NCBI GenBank assembly: GCA_016699955.1 | Contig: CP064993.1 | Location: 150,001-182,000, forward strand | DNA length: 32,000 bases | Source: Candidatus Saccharimonadota bacterium | GTDB lineage: Bacteria; Patescibacteriota; Saccharimonadia; Saccharimonadales; UBA4665 | Reading direction: 5' to 3' | The notes under the pieces: model-generated | What the model was told of the DNA's origin: nothing | The model's input: the letters and a program-made list of their open reading frames with translations, nothing else | Database searches by the model: none | Shown here: positions 22,986-30,323 of the stretch, in pieces | Position numbering within the stretch: position 1 is the stretch's first letter | Layout: each line of letters starts with the position of its first letter | Position numbers and translations under genes: made by a program

Positions 22986-23066
22986 TGAAAAGTCCACTCC
23001 TTGTGGCTGGTTTTTTCATATACATGCCCATATTCTAGAATGAAAGTGTCGCAGAGACTGGGGCTT

Positions 23067-23230
23067 AAGACCTCCCGCATAATAAGCCCGCAGTCCAGAC
23101 CGTGCTCTTGTTGCCTCACACTGAGTCACAGCTTCCTCAGCGTAACCACAGTTACGCGTCGTCTTCTTTGATCACCGTGGAACAACAATCATCACGTTCT
23201 GATCCTACGGGTTATTCTGCAAGAGGTCTT
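23067..23230 (-). ncRNA. Candidate rod-shaped structured RNA with 6S-like architecture (164 nt)
   Basis: On the minus strand, AAGACCTCTTGC pairs with GCGGGAGGTCTT (12 bp, 2 G.U). AGAATAACCCGTAGG pairs with CTGCGGGCTTATTAT (13 pairs, 1 mismatch, 1 bulge). A 15/14-nt internal bubble follows. TTGTTGTT pairs with GGCAACAA (8 bp, 2 G.U). The apical hairpins are GCGTAAC-TGTG-GTTACGC and CTGAG-N10-CTCAG. The G.U pairs exist only on the minus strand. A possible promoter is CTGTCA-17-ACTAAT (23265-23237). Confidence 0.35.
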
Positions 23231-23258
23231 TAGTTTATTAGTATGTAGGGGAACATAC

Positions 23259-23287
23259 TTGACAGGTAAGCATTTTTAATATATAAT
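23259..23287 (+). promoter_or_regulatory. Consensus sigma70-type promoter for the LPXTG protein gene
   Basis: TTGACA (23259-23264), a 17-nt spacer and TATAAT (23282-23287). AGGAG lies 9 nt before the ATG at 23325. Confidence 0.55.
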
Positions 23288-23324
23288 GGTGTTGTATCAA
23301 TGTGATGAATAGGAGATATTTGAG

Positions 23325-24011
23325 ATGAATAAGTTTATAACGGTTAAATCTTTTGTAGCTGCAGCACTAGTAGCGGGAACTTTAGGCATGAGTGTCTTCC
23401 CGTCACAGAATGTTTCAGCAACCCAATTACCAACCGACGCTAGCTGTTCTGCGGCTAACGATGGTGGTAACTACGTAAATGGCCCTTTCAAGATACGATG
23501 GGCTAGTATGAATGAGGTTCACATCCAGGCAAAAGCCGATGTCGTGCCTGGTACAAAACTCTACTTTAGCTCATACACAATGCCAGATACTTGGAGCCAA
23601 GATACGAAGGTATTTGATGAAACAGCAGTACCACAAGATATCTATGGTGTTTCTGATTCAGTAATATTCAACAAAGAAGGTGACTGTAAAGTATTAAAAG
23701 TACAGCTTCCTGACCCATGTAAGAACGTCCAGGTAGATGTTTACTACGGGCCAGAGATCAAGCACCTTGATAAAACGGTTCAATACGGTCATAAAGACCA
23801 GTACGTTGATCACCAATTTATCAAGAAACAAGGTACTTGCGCAGGTCAGGGTGAGGCTCAGGTGAGCGGAACCTCAACCAAAGTTCCTGCCGAACTCCCT
23901 GCCGAACTCCCTGCAACAGGTGCAAGTAATATGGCCCTATTCGCTGGCGTGCTTGGTGTACTGACCTATATTACGAGCCTTTGCCTTCAAGCTAAAAAAT
24001 TAGAAAAATAA
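23325..24011 (+). CDS. LPXTG-anchored cell-surface protein
   Basis: It has an N-terminal signal peptide. The C-terminal sorting signal is ELPATGASNMALFAGVLGVLTYITSLCLQAKKLEK, i.e. LPATG, a hydrophobic stretch and a basic tail. Confidence 0.75.
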   Translation: MNKFITVKSFVAAALVAGTLGMSVFPSQNVSATQLPTDASCSAANDGGNYVNGPFKIRWASMNEVHIQAKADVVPGTKLYFSSYTMPDTWSQDTKVFDETAVPQDIYGVSDSVIFNKEGDCKVLKVQLPDPCKNVQVDVYYGPEIKHLDKTVQYGHKDQYVDHQFIKKQGTCAGQGEAQVSGTSTKVPAELPAELPATGASNMALFAGVLGVLTYITSLCLQAKKLEK

Positions 24012-24033
24012 TACACATTTCTAAAGTAACCAA

Positions 24034-24057
24034 AGAACCGCACTAACGTGCGGTTCT
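24034..24057 (+). terminator. 10-bp hairpin after the LPXTG gene
   Basis: AGAACCGCAC-TAAC-GTGCGGTTCT. The downstream T-run is weak (TAAATAGTTT). Confidence 0.4.
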
Positions 24058-24299
24058 TAAATAGTTTATTATAATGAGCGTTTTATACTAGCTGTGTAAC
24101 TCCTGCCCGTTACTTACTCATTAAATATGCCTGATACGGCACGTCAAGGATATTCTTTGGGTGAGCTACCTCATGCCTTACGCCGAGTGGAGTGACAATC
24201 GCTAGTTACATGCGTGTCTGAAAAATCCAAACCAACACCGTCGGGGGCTAGGCGCTAATCTGCCGGTAAGTTTTTTGGTCTTTAGTACAAGAGGCTTGG

Positions 24300-25184
24300 C
24301 TACTGCCCTAGGAACGGCTGGAGGCTGTCAATCTTATCTGCGAGCTCGCTTGTTTCGTTTAATGTTACAGAACGATTGGCCGCGGTCGTGAATAGAGCGT
24401 TGTCGCTGGACTCGATTTTAAGTATAGCCTGCTCCAGGAATCCTGCGCCGGCGTTGACCTGCGAATCATCGCTGGCATACAAGCCATTGGAAATCTCTGT
24501 CAGTCCAAAAAGACCTTGCTCAAAACTAACAATAAGCGCGGCGTGATACTCGGCGAAACCAGTCGGTGCATGCGTCTTCTTTAGGGCGTCAAGCGTGCCG
24601 CTGAGCTGCGTGGCCCGTTTTGCGATTACATCGCCTTGTCCAGCCAGTCGGGTAAGGTCGGTTAGGTCATTGATATCTGTTGCACTATTTTTCAATACTG
24701 TCCGAGCGGTGTTGACGTCAAGCAAGTAAGCAGTCAACTCCTTGTATCCGCTCAGGACTTCACTGCTTTGCAGCATCACATATTTTGCTCTGGTGCGAAT
24801 AACTTCTGCCTTTTTATAGCTTTCTGAGTGAGTTGCAAGCGGACTACCCGGGAGCTTATCGGCCTGCTGTTGGTAGTTAAGTAGTGACACCTCGGTTTCG
24901 GCTATCAGCTTCTGAGTTGCCAGCAGTTCTTTGCGGGCAGCTTGTCCGTCGGTGTAGGGATCGTTGTACGCGGGTAATCCAGAAGATGCGGAAACAGCGT
25001 TGAACTTTGCGCTTAGCAGCTTGAAGGCTGGTTTAAGGTGATGGTCGTACTGCATAGAGATTGCTCGTGGAATGAGTATCGTCTGAGCTATAACGACGTA
25101 CGCGAGGAGTACGACGGACACAAACAAAAAAAACTTTGTGAGTAATGGAATTTTTTTGGCAAACAACTGGCGTTGTAATATCAT
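24300..25184 (-). CDS. Membrane-anchored hypothetical protein, translationally coupled to the synthase gene
   Basis: N-terminal TM segment KFFLFVSVVLLAYVVIAQTIL. Its ATG (25184-25182) overlaps the upstream TGA (25183-25181) as ATGA. Confidence 0.6.
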   Translation of the reverse strand: MILQRQLFAKKIPLLTKFFLFVSVVLLAYVVIAQTILIPRAISMQYDHHLKPAFKLLSAKFNAVSASSGLPAYNDPYTDGQAARKELLATQKLIAETEVSLLNYQQQADKLPGSPLATHSESYKKAEVIRTRAKYVMLQSSEVLSGYKELTAYLLDVNTARTVLKNSATDINDLTDLTRLAGQGDVIAKRATQLSGTLDALKKTHAPTGFAEYHAALIVSFEQGLFGLTEISNGLYASDDSQVNAGAGFLEQAILKIESSDNALFTTAANRSVTLNETSELADKIDSLQPFLGQ

Positions 25185-27526
25185 TTCGGCTCTCCTAAGT
25201 TACCTGTTTGAGGTGACAGCCCTGGCATTTTGGGGTAGCGGACGTTGCCGGTACGCTGCAATTTGTTCCAACTTACCTGTGCACCCCTGAGGGCTGTGAG
25301 GGCAGTACGAAACAATATGTATGTTTTTAGCGGGCTATACATAATCCGGGTTAGAGGAACAGTAAATAGCAGTCGGTAGCGTTCGCGGGCAAGCGTAATA
25401 CCAGCGAAAGCGACGATGAACTGTATGAGCAACGTCAGACCGGCGAATAGGGCAATGGTGCCGTACTGGCCAGAAGTGAGGTTTTCTATCAGCAAGCTGA
25501 ACAGGACGGGGATGAATACAAACGGCAGGAGGATGTTGATCATTGCATATGGTAATACAAACATTCCGAGCCAACCGTATCTGCGGCGCAGCATGATGTG
25601 GCGATGTTTCCAGAAAGACTGCAAGTTACCAAATATCCAACGGTAGCGTTGTTTACCGAGAGCGCGGTACGTTTGCGGTACCTCGGTATAGCCTTTGGCG
25701 CTATTGTCTTGCACTATGCGGTAGCCGAGCTTGTGTATGCCAAGTGTCAGGTCGCAGTCTTCGGCTAATGTCGACTTGGAAAAACCACCTGCCTTAAGTA
25801 CTGCTTCTTTTCGCCATGCGCCGCATGCTCCAGGTACGACAATGATTGAGCCGAGGAAAGCCTGAGCGGTTCGCTCAAGGTGGATGCCGACGGTATATTC
25901 TAAGGCCTGCCAACGGGTAATCATATTGGTAATATTTCCCACCTTGACGGAACCGGCTACTGCGCCGACCGTGGGATCGGCGAAATGACGCACCATATTA
26001 GCGACAACGTAAGGGGGAAAGACCGTATCAGCATCGATGCAGATAAGTATCTCGCCCTTCGCCCTTTTAATGCCGTTGTTAAGCGCTCTGGCTTTGCCGC
26101 CATTTTGCTGGGTGTAGCTGCGGACGCGTTTGTACAACTTTGCAATTTTCTTGGCCTCTGCCCTAGTGCCGTCTTTGGAGCCGTCATTTACGATAAGTAT
26201 TTCGATATTGCTGTAGCGCGACTGTAGTAAAGATCGAACAGTCTGTCTAAGGACGATCTCTTCATTATAGGCTGGCACAATTACTGACACGAGCGGATTG
26301 TAGTTACGAGGCCGCCTTTTGTAATGCGCCCGGCGCATCTGTAGGATTGCCAGGACGACATTTATACACATGCTGAAGACGATGGCAAACGCCGATATGA
26401 AGAACAAGATACGGACGATATCGCGTGGCCAAACCAGAAACGCGCTAAAAACGGTGAAAGATACTTTGTCGACAAGGCTAGGGCGTGCTGGGGCGGATAG
26501 CGGTGGAGTCTGTTCATACAGCTGGTTTAAGTTGACGAAGGTGTAGCCATGCGCACGGGCTGCCGGCGCAATTTTTTTAAGGTATGCGATGGTTCTGGAG
26601 CGGTCTCCTCCACCGTCATGGAGCAGAGCGACGATGTTGGTGCCATCAAATGTAGGTAGCGGGGGTGAGTCTTTGCTCTTCTCGTAATCTTTCGTGTCGA
26701 AATTGTAGGAAGCGTTTATATAGCCGAGTTGCTGGGCGTATAAAAGACCGCGAAGTGTGTCGCGCATCGCTTGGTCGTTGGGACCGCCGTATGGCGGGCG
26801 GAAGAAACTGGTAGAATGGTGCGTTGCTGCGCTGATGACTCTTCCGGTCTGGTTTATCTGCTGCTTGGACTGGAAAGCGTTTTGTAGATCGAAGTTGATA
26901 TGGCTGAAAGTATGGTTGGCAACCGTATGGCCTTCTCTGGCCATTCGCTCAGCTATGCCCGAGTATTTTACAACATTGGAACCGACCAGGAAAAAAGTAG
27001 CCTGTATTTCTTGTTTTGAAAGTACATCGAGAATTTGCGGCGAATAGACTTCGTCTGGACCGTCATCAAACGTCAGAGCTATCTTCTTGGATGCGCCCGC
27101 TCCGTAGCGTTCTATGGCGTATGTGTGAGTGCCCACTGCGGCAGTCTCGTCTGTAGACAATATGCGCGTGACATTGTGCGAGTACGCCTGTACGGCAACT
27201 GTCTTGCCGCCAGTTTTTACAATGTGGTCAATTCTAACCAGCGGACCCGTACCGATGACGGGGACATTGATGGCTTCCAGTTGATTAGCCAGCGTTTCTG
27301 GTTGCGGCGTCTGGATGTTTACCGGCGCGGCTATGTTTATGGCAGATGTAGGCTGATGGGGTGCAACATTTGTTGGGGCTAGTACTCGTGGAACATAGAA
27401 ATAGAGAAAAGTTCCGATACCGGTAGCCAGGAATAGAGAGAATACTTTAATGATTCTCCAGCGCTTCCCCGAAGGATCATGGAATACCTCATGTTCGTGT
27501 CGCGGTAATTGTATCCCTCGACTCAT
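25181..27526 (-). CDS. Bifunctional polysaccharide deacetylase (NodB/CE4) plus family 2 glycosyltransferase, a PNAG/chitin-synthase-like processive synthase
   Basis: NodB domain: LTFDDGPDEVYSPQILDVL...ATFFLVGSNV...HTVANHTFSH. GT2 domain: VSVIVPAYNEE, VNDGSKDGT, CIDADT and GKQRYRWIFG (QxxRW). It has multiple TM helices. Confidence 0.85.
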   Translation of the reverse strand: MSRGIQLPRHEHEVFHDPSGKRWRIIKVFSLFLATGIGTFLYFYVPRVLAPTNVAPHQPTSAINIAAPVNIQTPQPETLANQLEAINVPVIGTGPLVRIDHIVKTGGKTVAVQAYSHNVTRILSTDETAAVGTHTYAIERYGAGASKKIALTFDDGPDEVYSPQILDVLSKQEIQATFFLVGSNVVKYSGIAERMAREGHTVANHTFSHINFDLQNAFQSKQQINQTGRVISAATHHSTSFFRPPYGGPNDQAMRDTLRGLLYAQQLGYINASYNFDTKDYEKSKDSPPLPTFDGTNIVALLHDGGGDRSRTIAYLKKIAPAARAHGYTFVNLNQLYEQTPPLSAPARPSLVDKVSFTVFSAFLVWPRDIVRILFFISAFAIVFSMCINVVLAILQMRRAHYKRRPRNYNPLVSVIVPAYNEEIVLRQTVRSLLQSRYSNIEILIVNDGSKDGTRAEAKKIAKLYKRVRSYTQQNGGKARALNNGIKRAKGEILICIDADTVFPPYVVANMVRHFADPTVGAVAGSVKVGNITNMITRWQALEYTVGIHLERTAQAFLGSIIVVPGACGAWRKEAVLKAGGFSKSTLAEDCDLTLGIHKLGYRIVQDNSAKGYTEVPQTYRALGKQRYRWIFGNLQSFWKHRHIMLRRRYGWLGMFVLPYAMINILLPFVFIPVLFSLLIENLTSGQYGTIALFAGLTLLIQFIVAFAGITLARERYRLLFTVPLTRIMYSPLKTYILFRTALTALRGAQVSWNKLQRTGNVRYPKMPGLSPQTGNLGEPK

Positions 27527-27616
27527 AGTATAATACCCGTAGCTTCATGATTAACTTATTTTAAGGGTCAAAAGCTATATCGTCAATGAATTTGGTCATA
27601 ATGTACAATTATTGGT

Positions 27617-28423
27617 ATGAATAAGCCTACAATCTCACTCAGTTCAACCCGGTCTAAGGTGTTAATCGGAGTGGTATTAGCCGCGGTAGCTATGGGTACA
27701 TATATGGCTTTTTTTCTCCCGACGAACGATTTACCAAACTATATGTCGCCGAAGCAGCCGGCAGGCTCTTCTAGTAAGCAATCACAAACGCCAAAATCCT
27801 CTGGGTCAGCTGACGCTTCCGGAACCACAAATTCTATAATAAGTAGTATGCCTGAACACAGAAACATTGTTGCGACCGTGTTCTGGGTTGGGGAGGCAGC
27901 CGATACCGACAATGACTACATTCATAACCGCTCATCTACCTGGCAGGAGGACTGGCAGGGTCATTATGGAGGTGCAGACGATCCCGATAATCGATGCGGA
28001 TATAATCCTTGCAGTTTCGTGCCAAAAGAGAACCCGTTTTATTTCGCCTTGCCGTTCAACGATTACCAAGAAAACGGCCAGCCGAAGCCGGCCAGCGTTC
28101 TGCAAAAGATACCATGGTATGCAGGCCAACCAAAAGAAGGGACTTCATTGCTGAAGAACCGCTGGGTCAAAATTACAAATGGCAACAAGGAGGTGTATGC
28201 CCAGTGGGAAGACGTAGGTCCGTTCAACGAAGACGACGTTGATTACGTCTTTGGCGACAATATACCTAAGGAAAGGCGCGCAGGAATAGACCTATCACCG
28301 GCAACCGCGATGTACCTAGGTATTAATGGTCGTGGAACGGTTACCTGGCAGTTTGTAGACGAGGCTCAAGTTCCAACGGGTCTGTGGAAACAAGTTGTTA
28401 CGACTTCCGGCATCGTGTATTAA
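27617..28423 (+). CDS. Secreted protein with an RlpA-like double-psi beta-barrel (DPBB)-like C-terminal domain
   Basis: It has a signal/anchor segment. RWVKITNGNKEVYAQWEDVGPFNEDD...RAGIDLSPATAMYLGINGRGTVTWQFV resembles the RlpA/expansin DPBB pattern (V-x-V-T-N...DRGPF...IDLS-x-AA...LG). This is a motif-level call. Confidence 0.45.
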   Translation: MNKPTISLSSTRSKVLIGVVLAAVAMGTYMAFFLPTNDLPNYMSPKQPAGSSSKQSQTPKSSGSADASGTTNSIISSMPEHRNIVATVFWVGEAADTDNDYIHNRSSTWQEDWQGHYGGADDPDNRCGYNPCSFVPKENPFYFALPFNDYQENGQPKPASVLQKIPWYAGQPKEGTSLLKNRWVKITNGNKEVYAQWEDVGPFNEDDVDYVFGDNIPKERRAGIDLSPATAMYLGINGRGTVTWQFVDEAQVPTGLWKQVVTTSGIVY

Positions 28424-29218
28424 TTAGACGACAAGGGGTGCAGCTGGAGTGGCGATGGCACCGCCCGTACCTGAGGTGGCCGGTGGCGGAGTCGTATTAC
28501 CTGCCGGTGTTGTAACCGTTGTGCCTGTATTCTCCGGATTTGTCGTCCCTGGATCTGGACCGGTAGCTGGAGTTTCCGGTGTAGCAGCTGGTGTCGTGCC
28601 TGGTGTTGTAGTCGGAGTTGTGGCTGTAGTCGTAGGCGTAGGCGTTACGGGCGTTGTTGTGGTAGCAGTGGTAGTGGCAACTGCGACGCCGCCCATACCG
28701 CCCACTGTACCAGTTGTGGTAGCCGGTGTGGCTGCTGCCAAGGCAATCGCTTCCGCGGCAGCATCGGCAGCTTCCTGCTGGGCAGCAAGAGCCTCATTCT
28801 GCTGATCCAATAAGTGCTGTGCGGCGTCACTGGCTGCAATTTCTGCTGCTCTACGCTCATTTTGGGCGTCGACTATGGCCTGCCACGCGTCACTGGCTGC
28901 AATTTCTGCTGCTCTACGCTCATTTTGGGCGTCTATCCTATCCTGCCAGGCATCACGGGCTGCCTGTTCGGCGTCTAATCTAGCTTGCAGTGCGTCATCA
29001 ACCAAACTAGATGCGGCAAGTGGGCGCAAGTATATAGCACTCGGAGGTGCAGGCGCTCCCGGTGCGCCGACCATGTTAACCGGCTTGGCTACTGATATAG
29101 ACTGGATAGGAGTCTTGGCACTATGTGCCAAAAGTAAGGCTACTGTGACAGCGACTAAGGTTAAGATGAGTCTTGTTACCTCGGATTCTCGGTGTAAAGA
29201 GAAGTTGTATAGTTTCAT
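28424..29218 (-). CDS. Secreted or membrane-anchored repeat protein with an Ala/Gln-rich coiled region and a Thr/Pro-rich C-terminus
   Basis: N-terminal TM/signal segment LILTLVAVTVALLLAHS. Tandem 21-aa units read AAEIAASDAWQ..DAQNERR. The tail is TTTATTTTPVTPTPTTTATTPTTTPGTTPAATPETP. Confidence 0.6.
   Translation of the reverse strand: MKLYNFSLHRESEVTRLILTLVAVTVALLLAHSAKTPIQSISVAKPVNMVGAPGAPAPPSAIYLRPLAASSLVDDALQARLDAEQAARDAWQDRIDAQNERRAAEIAASDAWQAIVDAQNERRAAEIAASDAAQHLLDQQNEALAAQQEAADAAAEAIALAAATPATTTGTVGGMGGVAVATTTATTTTPVTPTPTTTATTPTTTPGTTPAATPETPATGPDPGTTNPENTGTTVTTPAGNTTPPPATSGTGGAIATPAAPLVV
28824..28933. repeat. 63-bp-period tandem repeat inside the 28424 gene
   Basis: The 47-nt core gcgtcactggctgcaatttctgctgctctacgctcattttgggcgtc occurs at 28824-28870 and 28887-28933. 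Confidence 0.85.
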
Positions 29219-29422
29219 CGGTCGTTCCTTTCGAGCACGTTTTATGTATAAAACATATATTTATTGGCAACATTAACACAGCTTGGGCAGTGCCTCAGTA
29301 TGAATTTTTACAATTTTTGCTTTAAGTATTTTTAAGCTTGCTCGCACAACAAAAGTGGGAATAAAAGGGATTTGACCAACGTATTGTCCAGGGTTAGACC
29401 CTGTAAAAACTAAGGTATTTGT

Positions 29423-30250
29423 CTAGCTGCTTAGCGTAAAATGTGTCCCAATCTCGCCGTCCATTGCTAGTTGTATAGCGTTTTCGGTCTGACCATTCGC
29501 AATCCACATTTCAACACCAGCAGCAGCGGCTATCTTTGCAGCTTCAAACTTAGTCTTCATACCACCTTTACCATGAGCTCCATTTGAACCACCTGCTAAA
29601 TGTTCGTACTGAGCAATATCACCCATGCTAATTTTTCTGATAATAGAAGACGGGTTATTCATGTCAGCGTAGACACCATCCACATCACTAAGTAGTACTA
29701 AGCGGACATCGTTACCGAATAGTTCTGACTTAGCGATTTGAGCAGCGTAAATTGCCGACAATTCATCGTTTTGACCAAATGACTGGTTGGATAGTTCGCC
29801 GTGAGTTATGCCGTCATTCTCGTTTAAGATTGGGATTTCTCCATGAGAGAGCAGAGTATGTGTAGTTCTTAGTGCTTCGTCATGCTCAGGGGTATTTATG
29901 TTAAGTTCCCTACGAGTTACTAATAGGCCGCCGTTTTCAACGCCCATTGCGTCGAACCAAGCATTTAATACACGCCTCCAACCAATAGTCGCAAGCCGCT
30001 GTATTTCGGGCATGGCTTCTTGACCGTCCGGTCGCATGGCAGTACCAGTTGCTTCCATACCAGCCGTAACAGCACCAGACGAGACTAGTGGCACATGGTA
30101 ACCTTGTTGTCTGAGATTAAGAACTTGAGCGCAAATAAGCTTCATGGAATCACGGTCTAGTAACTCACGGCCGGCTTCGTGGCGAAACATAGAGGTAGTA
30201 CCAATTTTAACGACCACAACCTTATCAAGTTGTTCAGATGTTTTTGACAT
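29423..30250 (-). CDS. proB: Glutamate 5-kinase (amino acid kinase family, no PUA domain)
   Basis: Collinear with ProB: VVVKIGTTS, LVSSGAVTAG, ILNENDGI, GQNDELSA, VLLSDVDGVY, GKGGMKTKFEAAKIAAAAGV. Confidence 0.8.
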   Translation of the reverse strand: MSKTSEQLDKVVVVKIGTTSMFRHEAGRELLDRDSMKLICAQVLNLRQQGYHVPLVSSGAVTAGMEATGTAMRPDGQEAMPEIQRLATIGWRRVLNAWFDAMGVENGGLLVTRRELNINTPEHDEALRTTHTLLSHGEIPILNENDGITHGELSNQSFGQNDELSAIYAAQIAKSELFGNDVRLVLLSDVDGVYADMNNPSSIIRKISMGDIAQYEHLAGGSNGAHGKGGMKTKFEAAKIAAAAGVEMWIANGQTENAIQLAMDGEIGTHFTLSS

Positions 30251-30323
30251 TTATATACAATACGATTTTTAGTCGTAATAATATAGTTAAAAACAGTAAA
30301 GTTTGCTACCTACTGGCTCATCT

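Noticed and set aside
22707-22997. 96-aa minus-strand ORF (MDFSWCGLGEPYSYP...).
   Set aside because: It starts inside the terminator and reads antisense through the tRNA-derived minihelix and the 32-nt conserved element. It has no ribosome-binding site and no recognisable family. It is probably a chance open frame.
28424-29218. CRISPR-like or satellite array suggested by the repeated 47-nt core and GT/GC-rich periodicity.
   Set aside because: The repeats are in frame inside a long ORF with a 63-bp (21-codon) period and no unique spacers. The remaining periodicity is Thr/Pro codon repetition. No cas genes are present in the window.
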